Positions 38,578-48,082 of a DNA stretch of 64,000 nucleotides are shown in pieces (position 1 is the first letter of the stretch; each line of letters opens with the position of its first letter). Below the pieces are notes generated by a model that had not been told where the DNA came from, made no database searches, and was given only the letters and a program-made list of their open reading frames with translations. The stretch spans positions 1 through 64,000 of IMG/VR virus record IMGVR_UViG_3300009768_000006; one strand, 5' to 3'. Position numbers and translations under genes: made by a program. The DNA comes from a virus (taxonomy: Duplodnaviria > Caudoviricetes).

Positions 38578-40578
38578 ATGGCTGTATTAAAAATAAGAGA
38601 TGCTAGTGGCAATTTAATAGATATACCTACTATAAAAGGAGCAGATGGTAGAGGTATCGTATCTGTGAATAGGACAGCAGGTAATGGAGCTCCTGGTACT
38701 ACTGACACTTATACTATTACATATACTGATAATACTACTAGTATCTTCTATATATATAATGGAGTTGATGGAGTAGGAATTGTTAGCATCGATAAGACAT
38801 CTACTCAAGGGTTAACAGATATATATACTATAGGATTATCAGATAATTCATCTCATACATTTACAGTTCATAATGGTATGTCCGGAATTACATTACCTAT
38901 TGTGAATATTACAGGTGATTATCTAACGGATTGGGTAGGTAAAGAAGAACGAGAGGCTTTCTTAGAGTACAATAGCAAAGAGCTGGATTTTAAAGCTCAT
39001 ATACTGATGAAACCTCAAGGTACTTCTTCTCTTGTTTATCCTAAGAAAAACTTCAATATAAAGATGTATAGTGACCATGATTTTACTACTAAATACAATG
39101 TTTCTATAAAGTCTAATTGGGGTCCTCATAATAAATACACATTAAAAGCAGACTATATCGATAAAACACATGCTTGTAATGTCGTATCTGCTCAAATAGC
39201 TGGTGAGATGGGTGATAAATATGATATATTACCTGATGCACCTAATCACGGACTTATTGAAGGATTCCCTGTTATAGTATACTTTAATGGAGATTATCAA
39301 GGTATATATAATTGGAATATTCCTAAAGATGGCTGGATGCTAGGCTTCGATGATGAAGAAAATAACTTGATATTGTGTGCTGAAGTACATGCAGGTGTAG
39401 GATCTTTCAGAGAATCCTTAATATCCTTTGGCGATACTTCATGGTCTCTAGAGTATGGTGGTGAAGATGAAGAAGCAGCGATAACTTCTTTCAATAGGTT
39501 AATCACATTTATAAAGGATTCTAGTGATGCAGATTTTAGGACTAATTTTTCAGATTACTTAGATCTTGATTCGGCATTAAACTATTATTGTTTCTGCTAT
39601 CTATCAGCTGCTATCGATAACTTAGGGAAGAATATGCTGATGGTCACTAATGATAGATTAGTTTGGCATCCTGTACTATATGACTTGGATTCCTTATGGG
39701 GAGTATCATATGATGGTACTACAGCGATAGCCGCTGATTACAAATGTCCTGATGATTACGAATGCTCTACAAGCTTATTATGGGAAAAGTTAGTAAGATG
39801 CTTTCCTAATGAACTTGCTACTCGATACTTTGATCTACGTAAGGATGTACTCAGTCAAGGTAATATTATAGGAGCTTTCAGAGAATATATAGCTCAGATA
39901 CCTAAATGGGAATATGCAGATGAAGTAACTCTATGGACTGGTATGGCTGATATGATTAGATCTATGGAGCAAATATCTACATGGCTACCTAAGCGTATCA
40001 GGTATGTTGATTATATGTTTAGACAAATGTTCACAGTGACTGATGAGGATTATGGTCGTTGTCTTTATGATTTGCCAGAGACTTTTATAGGCGATGGTAT
40101 ATCAGCAGTCATAAATACTGGCGTAGCTCTTTATAATAATGTAGATAGGGATTGGACAGTTATTATGAGAGCGCCAAATGTACCTAAAACAGCAGGATTT
40201 GGCTATTTTGTGGCAGCACTTACAGATGGTGGCTTTGGCATTCAAGCATCTAGTGAAGTAGACAGCTCGGCAATAGTACACTTTGGCTATAATAGCTATG
40301 TTGAAACGTATCCTAGTGAAGATGAACATGACTATTTTACGATTGCTGTAGTTAAACAAGGTATTAATTATACAATATATCGTGATGGGGTACAGGTTGG
40401 AGATGTTGTAGTTAGCGATTTACAAATTCCTAATTTAATTCCTCTTAGAATTGGCGCTAATGGAAGTCAGTCAGATACCTGGCAATATAGTAATGTTACT
40501 GTAAATAATCTAAGAATATATCGTAAGGCTTTAGGTAAAGCTGATATTCAAGGAATTATTACTGAAATGTTAAGCTGA
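38578..40578 (+). CDS. CotH-kinase-family protein with an N-terminal tail-fibre-type module and a C-terminal LamG/ConA-like domain
   Basis: QGTSSL.YPKKNF.IK, LKADYID, NG.Y.GIY, DNLGKNM and YDLDS.WG (CotH); C-terminal IYRDG...LRIG...LRIYRKAL (LamG). Confidence 0.85.
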   Translation: MAVLKIRDASGNLIDIPTIKGADGRGIVSVNRTAGNGAPGTTDTYTITYTDNTTSIFYIYNGVDGVGIVSIDKTSTQGLTDIYTIGLSDNSSHTFTVHNGMSGITLPIVNITGDYLTDWVGKEEREAFLEYNSKELDFKAHILMKPQGTSSLVYPKKNFNIKMYSDHDFTTKYNVSIKSNWGPHNKYTLKADYIDKTHACNVVSAQIAGEMGDKYDILPDAPNHGLIEGFPVIVYFNGDYQGIYNWNIPKDGWMLGFDDEENNLILCAEVHAGVGSFRESLISFGDTSWSLEYGGEDEEAAITSFNRLITFIKDSSDADFRTNFSDYLDLDSALNYYCFCYLSAAIDNLGKNMLMVTNDRLVWHPVLYDLDSLWGVSYDGTTAIAADYKCPDDYECSTSLLWEKLVRCFPNELATRYFDLRKDVLSQGNIIGAFREYIAQIPKWEYADEVTLWTGMADMIRSMEQISTWLPKRIRYVDYMFRQMFTVTDEDYGRCLYDLPETFIGDGISAVINTGVALYNNVDRDWTVIMRAPNVPKTAGFGYFVAALTDGGFGIQASSEVDSSAIVHFGYNSYVETYPSEDEHDYFTIAVVKQGINYTIYRDGVQVGDVVVSDLQIPNLIPLRIGANGSQSDTWQYSNVTVNNLRIYRKALGKADIQGIITEMLS

Positions 40579-40602
40579 TATCGAAGGAGGTGTATTTAGT
40601 AG

Positions 40603-40911
40603 ATGGAAATAATAGCTTCTTGGCTAGAAATGTTAGGCTTCGGAGGATTTTTAGTATCTATAATAATGTGGAGAATAAATAAAATGGATAAGTCTCAACG
40701 TGCTAGAGAAGCTGCTAGAATAAGTGAGAATATAATTATTATGAGAGGTTTACAGGCTATAGGTAATTTATCTGAGGCTTCTGCAATAGCTATTAAACTC
40801 CAGAAATGTAATGGAGAGACTGATAGATCATTAGCAGAGTATGGTCTTTACAAGCATGATCTAAACAATTATCTATTAAATCAGAATGCACTAAGGAATG
40901 AAGGTAAATAG
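40603..40911 (+). CDS. Small membrane protein (holin-like)
   Basis: N-terminal TM helix; CNG motif; start of the lysis cassette. Confidence 0.55.
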   Translation: MEIIASWLEMLGFGGFLVSIIMWRINKMDKSQRAREAARISENIIIMRGLQAIGNLSEASAIAIKLQKCNGETDRSLAEYGLYKHDLNNYLLNQNALRNEGK

Positions 40912-40922
40912 GAGGATATATC

Positions 40923-41252
40923 ATGGAAATCGATATCACTACAGTTGTAATAGCAATCATAGGTCTACTAGGCACTATCATATCAGCATTGATAGCTGCT
41001 GCTGCTCCTCATCTAATAAACTTAATAAAGAGTAAAGTATCTGAAGCTAATTTTAATAGACTCAAAAAATATGCTGTATCTGCGGTGGAAGCAGCTGAGC
41101 AGATCATAACTGGTACTAAAGTAGGTGCAGAGAGAAAGAAGAAAGTTGAAGAATGGCTTAAGTCTCTTAATCTTACAGCTAATCTTGATGAAATAGAAAT
41201 AGCTATAGAATCCGCAGTTAAGTCTATGAATGACAAGCTCATAGAGAAGTAA
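40923..41252 (+). CDS. Phage holin, LL-H family
   Basis: TM helix, then AV.AAEQ...G..RK..V...L...IESAV..M. Confidence 0.85.
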   Translation: MEIDITTVVIAIIGLLGTIISALIAAAAPHLINLIKSKVSEANFNRLKKYAVSAVEAAEQIITGTKVGAERKKKVEEWLKSLNLTANLDEIEIAIESAVKSMNDKLIEK

Positions 41253-41255
41253 TCT

Positions 41256-41636
41256 GTGAAGAAACCTCCTTATTCACAAATACTCACTGCTAGTGTAGTT
41301 ATACTCGTATTTGGATTTGTAATATTTACATGCGTAGAGATGCATATCCAACAAGATCTATCACCTTTAAATTCTATAGGACCTTATGTGATAGGTCTAT
41401 TAGCTACAGTAGTTAGTGCTTATATGTGGAGGGCTAAACAAAGTGATCAGTACACTCTAGACTTAATGAAATCAGAAGAAATGGCAAAAGGTAGACAACA
41501 ATATGGTACTAACTATAAAAGTGAAACTGTTAACCATAATGATGAAGATAATAGCTATTCCTCTAACTATAGTAGATATAGTAATAATGGAGGCTATACT
41601 AATTATCCATCAGATGGTGAAGATCCTAGTGGTTAA
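41256..41636 (+). CDS. Two-TM membrane protein (lysis cassette)
   Basis: Two hydrophobic segments followed by YMWRAK. Confidence 0.65.
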   Translation: MKKPPYSQILTASVVILVFGFVIFTCVEMHIQQDLSPLNSIGPYVIGLLATVVSAYMWRAKQSDQYTLDLMKSEEMAKGRQQYGTNYKSETVNHNDEDNSYSSNYSRYSNNGGYTNYPSDGEDPSG

Positions 41637-41650
41637 GGAGGTACTATAAT

Positions 41651-42529
41651 ATGGCTGTCGAACTAGTAAAAGGTATAGACGTATCTAAATATCAGACTAA
41701 AACTGATTGGAATATATTAAAACAAGCTGGATATAAGTGGATCATAATTAGAGTAGGCTATCAAGGATATGGATCAGGAGGATTTGCAGAAGATCCTTTA
41801 TTCAAACGTCATATCGATGATGCTCTAGCTGCAGATATACCTGTAGGATTGTATTGGATTTGTCAGTCTATCACAGTTCAGGAAGCTATCAATGCTGCTA
41901 AGTATATATTGGCTATCTTAGATAAGTACAAAATTCCTCTGTCTAAGATACCTCTAGGTGTATGGTGGGATAATGAACCTACTACAGTATATCCTAAAGG
42001 AAGAGCTGATAAACTAGATAAGAATTTGAGGACTGATATAGGATTAGCATTCTTAGATACTATAGCATCAGCAGGATTGGTAGCAGGTATCTATACTAAT
42101 CTACAGTATATCAATCATGAGCTAAATTTTGAGCAATTCGCTAAGTATCCTCTATGGTTAGCTCAATGGAATGCTAAAGGTCCTAGTAGGGAGTGTGCTA
42201 TATGGCAGCATGGATCTATCAAGAACCTTCCTGGCGTAGTTGGAGAATGTGATGTAAATGTGCTATATGATACTAGATTGTTAGGAGAGGTTAAGCCACC
42301 CATCGCTAATGAGAAAATCCCTGAAGGATTCATCCCTTATCCTGCGGTAGTTACTGCGAAGAATGGACTAAATGTTAGAGCAGGTGCTGGAGTTAATTTC
42401 AGCATAAGAGGAGTATTAAAATATAATAGTGAAATTGTTATATTAAAGGAATCAAATGGATGGGGTAGAGTAGCACTAAGAGATAACTATTATGGTTGGA
42501 TAAGTCTTAATTATACTAAACGTAGATAA
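41651..42529 (+). CDS. Endolysin: GH25 muramidase + SH3b cell-wall-binding domain
   Basis: GIDVSKYQ, WDNE (DxE), LWLAQW, WQ...D.N; LNVR.G.G...GWISL.Y. Confidence 0.92.
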   Translation: MAVELVKGIDVSKYQTKTDWNILKQAGYKWIIIRVGYQGYGSGGFAEDPLFKRHIDDALAADIPVGLYWICQSITVQEAINAAKYILAILDKYKIPLSKIPLGVWWDNEPTTVYPKGRADKLDKNLRTDIGLAFLDTIASAGLVAGIYTNLQYINHELNFEQFAKYPLWLAQWNAKGPSRECAIWQHGSIKNLPGVVGECDVNVLYDTRLLGEVKPPIANEKIPEGFIPYPAVVTAKNGLNVRAGAGVNFSIRGVLKYNSEIVILKESNGWGRVALRDNYYGWISLNYTKRR

Positions 42530-42565
42530 TAAGGAGCGTATAGTATATTAGAATATCGAAAGGTA

Positions 42566-43291
42566 GTGATTAAAATAGCTATAGCAGTTAATGGAGGACA
42601 TGTCTCCAGAGCGATAGATTTCTATAACAAGGCAGGTAAGTACTTTATTATAGGTGGTACTACACCGTGGAGTAATGAAGCATCTCCTGATGTTCCTAAT
42701 ATATCAGATTTCAAACTGATGAACGTAGTAGGACTTAAGAAGGTAGATAATACTTATATGGTAATACCTGATGATGCAGGTACTATAAACTATAGAAATC
42801 AGAACTGGAAAATTGTACCTCTCGAGATAAATACTAATGTAGGAGCATCAGGAGTAAGCTCAGGATCATTAGTGGTCACTGTAACTAGCCTTGCTGGATT
42901 AGTGGTAGGATCTAAGATACGTGTAAATAATATATATGATGCACGTATTGTTTCTATATCCAGCAATTCATTAACATTAGACACACCTGCTCCTGTAGCT
43001 ATAGTAGCAGGTTCTCCTGTATTAGGAGGAGCTCATCCTGAAGGAGCCAAATATGTATATGTAGAAAGCTATCTTAACTATGATGATTTTCCTTTAGTAA
43101 CTTATAGGCAATTAGGATTATGTAGTGGAGTAACTCCTAATACGGATGATATATTGCTATCAGCTGCTTATGCTGCTACAGGGAACAATGAGTATACATC
43201 TCTAGGAACTTTGGAAATCTTAGATAATAGAGTACCTAGTACTAGAGATGCTAATCAAAGAGAGCTTGTCAGTATTATCCTTGAGTTCTAA
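42566..43291 (+). CDS. Baseplate structural protein (gp8-like)
   Basis: IG.TTPW.NE..P, GAKYVY, YRQ.G, DNR.P..R...QRE...ILEF; precedes the DUF4815-like gene. Confidence 0.6.
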   Translation: MIKIAIAVNGGHVSRAIDFYNKAGKYFIIGGTTPWSNEASPDVPNISDFKLMNVVGLKKVDNTYMVIPDDAGTINYRNQNWKIVPLEINTNVGASGVSSGSLVVTVTSLAGLVVGSKIRVNNIYDARIVSISSNSLTLDTPAPVAIVAGSPVLGGAHPEGAKYVYVESYLNYDDFPLVTYRQLGLCSGVTPNTDDILLSAAYAATGNNEYTSLGTLEILDNRVPSTRDANQRELVSIILEF

Positions 43292-43334
43292 CTTGTATAT
43301 TGTATTATAATTATGAAGTATAAACTAGGAGGAT

Positions 43335-46300
43335 ATGTCTATGGCTAGGGTTAATATAAATCAAGCTCCTTACTATGATGACTACGATAGTAGTAAACAA
43401 TACACACAATTACTAGCTCTTCCAGGTAGAGTAGCACAAGCTAGAGAATTCACACAATTACAGTCTACTCTTAAAAATTCTATAAAAGAGCTAGGAAATT
43501 CTATATTCAAAGATGGTAATGTTGTAGAAGGTTGTCAAGTCATCGTAAATGAAGCTAAAACTAGTGCTACTGTGACTAGTGGTAGAGTTTACCTTAATGG
43601 CATGATACTAGAAGTCTCTGAGACTTCTGTACCTATATCAGGGACTGGTACAGAAATTATAGGAGCTAAATTGATGGAAGCTATCATAACTGAAGCTGAT
43701 GATAATACTCTAAAAGATCCTGCTCAAGGATATGATAACTATAATCAACCTGGATGCCATAGAGTAAGAAGCTGGATCACGATTACTGTAAATGATAATG
43801 AAGCCTCTGCTTTAGCCACTCTTGTGGATGGTGAGTTGTCTATAGAGACATATGCTCCTAATTATGATACACTAACTCAAACATTAGCTAGACGTACTCA
43901 TGATGAATCTGGATCATATATAGTCGATGGATTGACTGTGAGAATAGAGGCTTCAGATAATCCTAGTAACTTCACAGTAGTAGTAGAACCCGGAAAAGCT
44001 TATGTGCTAGGCTATGAACTACGTATATTAACTCCTAAGAAATACTCTATAGGAAGATCCACGACTTATGATCCTGTACTAGCTACAAACTATTGGTATG
44101 ATGAAGATGTCGATGATTATCTATTAGCTAGTGCTCCATATGTAAAAGAAATTACGCAGGTGAAGGGATTTGTTAGCAAAACTGTTAATCAGACTATATC
44201 AAATAATACTGATCGAGTATTATTTGATGAGCTAGAAGTATCTCAGATATCTTCTGTTACGCAAGGAGCTACTACTTATACTGTAGGCAATAGCGATAGT
44301 ACAGGTGACTGCTATCTGCAGAGAGAAGGTAGTAGGTATTATCTGAAGTGGAATGGTACAGCTAACTATCCTACTTTAAATACTAGCTACTCTGTAACCT
44401 ACATATATAATCATACATTTATTAACAATACTGACTATGAATTATCGTTAGTAGATGATAAGCATTATCTGAGCTGGTTAGGCGCTAGTACTCCTATAGA
44501 TGGTACTAACTTTACTGTAGCATATAATCAATATCTTGCTAGAAAAGATAGTGTATATATAGACAGATATGGTAATATAAACATCACTAGAGGTATTCCT
44601 GCTGAATATGGTTTTGAGGTATTGCCTGATAAATCTGCTAATACTCTAGAACTAGCTCACATCTATAATCCTCCTGGTGGATTAGTAACTAGTAATTCTT
44701 CTCAAAGCATTCAGGTATATAATGTAGGTCTTACTAGGTTCACCATGAATGATATCCAAAATCTACTAAATAGAATCAGGACTATCGAGTATGATCAAAC
44801 AGTACTGAGCTTAAATGATGAAGCTAGACAGTATGAGACAGCTACTAGCAAGCGTGGTATATTCACTGATCCTCTTGTAGACTTAGCTAGGATTGACTAC
44901 TATTATAACATGTCAGGTTCTACTGTAGTAGATCCTTCTAAGCCTGTATACGATGTTACTATAGATACACTTAAGAATATCTGCTACCTGCCTACTGCTG
45001 TAGATATGCAGGATATGATAGCTAGCAATACTAGTACAGCTAAGCTATACAACAAAGCAGCTACATTATCTAAATCTGGAGAATCTGTTATACTTACGCA
45101 GCTGAAAGCTACTAAGTCATATCAGATAAATCCTTACAGTGTGTTCCCTCAACTACCTGAGATTAGCTTATCTCCTTCATCTGACTCATGGGTAGAAGAT
45201 AATGTAATCACAGTACCAGTATCTCATAGTACTACAGAGATATTAACTACTTCTACTAGGAACATAGAGTTAACCTCTGTGATATCAGGTAGGTTCACAT
45301 CTTATAAGGAGTCTACTACAGCTACAGTTGATACAGCTATAGGAGTTAAAGTATCTACAAGCTCTCAGGAATCTGTAATAAATCAGGAATCTGTAATGTA
45401 CATAAGACAAAGAGAGATAACTGTAGAAGGTATAAACTTTCCTCCTACTGTAGATAATATAAGATGCTACTTTGATGGAGTACTAGTAGCACTTACTCCT
45501 ACAGGATCTACGTTAGCAGGTACTATGTCAGGATCAGTTAAAGCTGATAATAATGGATACTTATCTGCTAAATTCACTATACCTGCTAATATTCTGACAG
45601 GTATAAGAGAAGTCAAACTAGAGTCTGCTGCAGAAGTTGCCGGGTACAATAAATCAGCTTCAGCATTATATCAAGCAAATGGTACTATCAGGAATATCCG
45701 TAGGACTATAACTACATTAACTACTATACTGCTTAATAGAGTAACTACTATTAGTACTCGTAATTATGTGGATCCTGTAGGTCAGACATTTGTTCTAGAT
45801 AAAATGACTATTATAAATGCTATAGATTTATACTTTGAAGCTAAACCTGCAGGATCTGTACCAGTAACATGTGAGATACGAGAAGTAGTAAATGGATCTA
45901 TATCTAGTACCATATATGGACATAAGACTCTAGCTGCATCTGAAGTATCTGTAAGTAGTGATAGTAGGACTGCTACTAGATTCGTTTTCGAAAATCCTGT
46001 ATTATTAGAAGAGAATATAGAGTATGCATTTGTTATAAGATCTACATCTCCTTCATACAGAATATGGGTAGCAGATCTAGGAGGTCTAGATATCATATCT
46101 GGTGACGTAGTATTAGCTAACCCTTATCTTATAGGTGTTATGATGAGCTCCTCTAACAATTCATCTTGGAGTATGCATCAAACAACAGATGTAAAGTTTA
46201 GGCTTATAGCTGATACTTATGCTCAATCTTCTGATCTGATATTCAATCAGATAGCAGGACTGGATTTCAGTAGAATATATCTGCTAGCTGATTACATCAC

Positions 46301-46811
46301 TCCTAGTGGTACGAGCATTGATTGGTATTATAGCGTAGATGGAGGAGTTAATTATAAGACTATAAGTCCTTATAATATTATACTACTTGATCAACTTAAG
46401 ACTACATTTGATGTTAAAGCAACATTACGTAGAGATTCTAATAGTACTCTGTCTCCTATCGTGGCATTGGATACCATAGGATGCTCAGTATCTAAGTATG
46501 ATACAGAAGGATATTATATAACTCAGAATATATCAGGATTAGATGCTTACACGAAGGTTGATATAATCCTAGACACTTACATACCTAGTAATACTTCCTT
46601 GACTGTCTATGTTAGTAATGATAATGGAACTACATTAGAAGCAGCTACATTAGATAATCTATCAGTCAAGACTCTAAACTTCGGATGGAAAGAGCAGACT
46701 TATAAGGCTACAGTATCTAGTGCTACTCAGTGCAAGTTGTTCATAAAACTGGAATCTGATTATGAATATTTTACTCCTTCATTCAGAAGAGTAAGGATGG
46801 TAATGTATTAA
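43335..46811 (+). CDS. DUF4815-like large virion/tail structural protein
   Basis: PYYDDY...PGR..QARE.TQLQ, LARRT.DESG.Y, PGKAYV.GYE, DPVGQTF and SSN...W.....D.KF. Confidence 0.85.
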   Translation: MSMARVNINQAPYYDDYDSSKQYTQLLALPGRVAQAREFTQLQSTLKNSIKELGNSIFKDGNVVEGCQVIVNEAKTSATVTSGRVYLNGMILEVSETSVPISGTGTEIIGAKLMEAIITEADDNTLKDPAQGYDNYNQPGCHRVRSWITITVNDNEASALATLVDGELSIETYAPNYDTLTQTLARRTHDESGSYIVDGLTVRIEASDNPSNFTVVVEPGKAYVLGYELRILTPKKYSIGRSTTYDPVLATNYWYDEDVDDYLLASAPYVKEITQVKGFVSKTVNQTISNNTDRVLFDELEVSQISSVTQGATTYTVGNSDSTGDCYLQREGSRYYLKWNGTANYPTLNTSYSVTYIYNHTFINNTDYELSLVDDKHYLSWLGASTPIDGTNFTVAYNQYLARKDSVYIDRYGNINITRGIPAEYGFEVLPDKSANTLELAHIYNPPGGLVTSNSSQSIQVYNVGLTRFTMNDIQNLLNRIRTIEYDQTVLSLNDEARQYETATSKRGIFTDPLVDLARIDYYYNMSGSTVVDPSKPVYDVTIDTLKNICYLPTAVDMQDMIASNTSTAKLYNKAATLSKSGESVILTQLKATKSYQINPYSVFPQLPEISLSPSSDSWVEDNVITVPVSHSTTEILTTSTRNIELTSVISGRFTSYKESTTATVDTAIGVKVSTSSQESVINQESVMYIRQREITVEGINFPPTVDNIRCYFDGVLVALTPTGSTLAGTMSGSVKADNNGYLSAKFTIPANILTGIREVKLESAAEVAGYNKSASALYQANGTIRNIRRTITTLTTILLNRVTTISTRNYVDPVGQTFVLDKMTIINAIDLYFEAKPAGSVPVTCEIREVVNGSISSTIYGHKTLAASEVSVSSDSRTATRFVFENPVLLEENIEYAFVIRSTSPSYRIWVADLGGLDIISGDVVLANPYLIGVMMSSSNNSSWSMHQTTDVKFRLIADTYAQSSDLIFNQIAGLDFSRIYLLADYITPSGTSIDWYYSVDGGVNYKTISPYNIILLDQLKTTFDVKATLRRDSNSTLSPIVALDTIGCSVSKYDTEGYYITQNISGLDAYTKVDIILDTYIPSNTSLTVYVSNDNGTTLEAATLDNLSVKTLNFGWKEQTYKATVSSATQCKLFIKLESDYEYFTPSFRRVRMVMY

Positions 46812-46969
46812 TGAAAGAAATAAAAGACACTAGAACTGGAGCTATAATATTCAAGAAAGATGATAACGAATTAGCGATGGATAGATTACTAGAAGATATT
46901 AAGAATCTTAAACTTCGTATTGAAGCTCTAGAAAAGCTAGCAGCAGAAAAAACAAGAAAAAAAGTTTAA
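46811..46969 (+). CDS. Small coiled-coil protein (52 aa)
   Basis: TAATG-coupled ORF MKEIKDTRTGAIIFKK...LEKLAAEKTRKKV; below the ORF-track size cutoff. Confidence 0.65.
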   Translation: MKEIKDTRTGAIIFKKDDNELAMDRLLEDIKNLKLRIEALEKLAAEKTRKKV

Positions 46970-47033
46970 AAATTTTTAAAAAAATTTTAAAAACAGGCAG
47001 GTCTTTTATATCTTTTGGCGAACTATATATAAT
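46965..47033 (+). promoter_or_regulatory. Probable host sigma-A-type early promoter with A/T-tract UP element
   Basis: TATAAT at 47028-47033; TTTATA at 47005-47010 (17-bp spacer); A/T tracts at 46965-46993. Confidence 0.55.
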
Positions 47034-47077
47034 GAAAGGGAAAAATTCCCTAAAGAATTAACAAAGGAGAATTAACT

Positions 47078-47719
47078 ATGGAAAAGAAGATTAAGCTCGC
47101 CAGCAACGGTAAAGAGGTAGACTGGGAAGAAGTAGAAAAAACAGTAAGCATCATCTGCAGGAAGTTCAACAACATTAACTCTCGCTACATTGAAGATCTC
47201 GCTCAAGAACTTAGAATTCATGCTTTCTACGTTTCCAATAACTATTACGACTTATATCGTAAGGCCATTGATTTCTGGAGGACTCTGACCGTTAGAGTTT
47301 ATCCAGAAATCCCTACATTTGACATGGAAATGAACCGCAGCGCGGAAATGGTGGAAAAGGCCAGTGAAATTAACTACAAGAGTCTCCTCGCTTCCGTCAT
47401 GAAAGAACTTAATCGTCCTGGTGAGAACTTAGCTGATAAGAAAAAGAAGGATCTTGCCATTCAAATCATGATGTTGATTGTTGAGGATATTGACGAAAAT
47501 ATGGAAGTAACTGAGGATATTAACCTCGATGGAAACGAGGCTGACAGAAAGTACATTGGAGCAAAGTTGAATGCTTCTTGGGTTTCTGAGAGGTTGCACG
47601 TCAGCTACAAAGCTGTAATGGCTGCAATGAGAGAACTGGAAGAGACCTTCGTAGGACTGGCTATGATGGGTAAAGTAGTTCTTGATGATCAGTATCGTGA
47701 AAATTACAGATTACGTTAA
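47078..47719 (+). CDS. Putative phage-encoded ECF-like sigma-70 family factor
   Basis: Region-2-like EDLAQELRIHAF...LYRKAIDFWRT; C-terminal HTH-like LNASWVSERLHVSYKAVMAAM; has its own promoter and terminator. Confidence 0.6.
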   Translation: MEKKIKLASNGKEVDWEEVEKTVSIICRKFNNINSRYIEDLAQELRIHAFYVSNNYYDLYRKAIDFWRTLTVRVYPEIPTFDMEMNRSAEMVEKASEINYKSLLASVMKELNRPGENLADKKKKDLAIQIMMLIVEDIDENMEVTEDINLDGNEADRKYIGAKLNASWVSERLHVSYKAVMAAMRELEETFVGLAMMGKVVLDDQYRENYRLR

Positions 47720-47725
47720 ATCATT

Positions 47726-47756
47726 AAACCTCCTGGTTGATAATCAGGAGGTTTTT
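47726..47756 (+). terminator. Rho-independent terminator
   Basis: AAACCTCCTGGTT-GAT-AATCAGGAGGTTT-TT. Confidence 0.9.
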
Positions 47757-47832
47757 CACATAAAAGGAGGAATTTTTAATTAATTTTCGTATTTTCATCA
47801 AAATATACGTACTGTACGTGTGATAAATAGGG

Positions 47833-47855
47833 CCAACTCTCGAGTCTCAAACGTC
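47833..47855 (+). promoter_or_regulatory. Phage promoter motif copy 1
   Basis: CCAACT-N11-AACGTC. Confidence 0.7.
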
Positions 47856-47974
47856 TCTTACGCTGAAGCGTAAGCTTCCGGAGCGTATAAGCGAAGAGTA
47901 GGCGTAGCAGCGTAGGTTAAGCGTCCGCAAAGCGGACATAAGCGCAAGCGCAAGAGACGGCCGTAGGCCGGAAG
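47852..47974. other. GC/CpG-rich multi-hairpin element (candidate replication origin/primer RNA or ncRNA)
   Basis: Outer inverted repeat 47852-47864 / 47947-47959, several mini-hairpins and nine RGCG units; no ORF. Confidence 0.55.
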
Positions 47975-48034
47975 TATATATAAAATTATCTTATATCTAT
48001 CGAGCTATATGTAGATATGAATCTAGATAATTTC

Positions 48035-48057
48035 CTAACTCTATGACATCTAACGTT
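48035..48057 (+). promoter_or_regulatory. Phage promoter motif copy 2
   Basis: CTAACT-N11-AACGTT, upstream of the HD gene. Confidence 0.8.
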
Positions 48058-48082
48058 ACTTATTACGAAGGAGAGATTTAAT

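Noticed and set aside
47852-47974. Retron msr/msd or tRNA
   Set aside because: No reverse transcriptase nearby; no cloverleaf, T-loop (GTTCRA) or anticodon arm.
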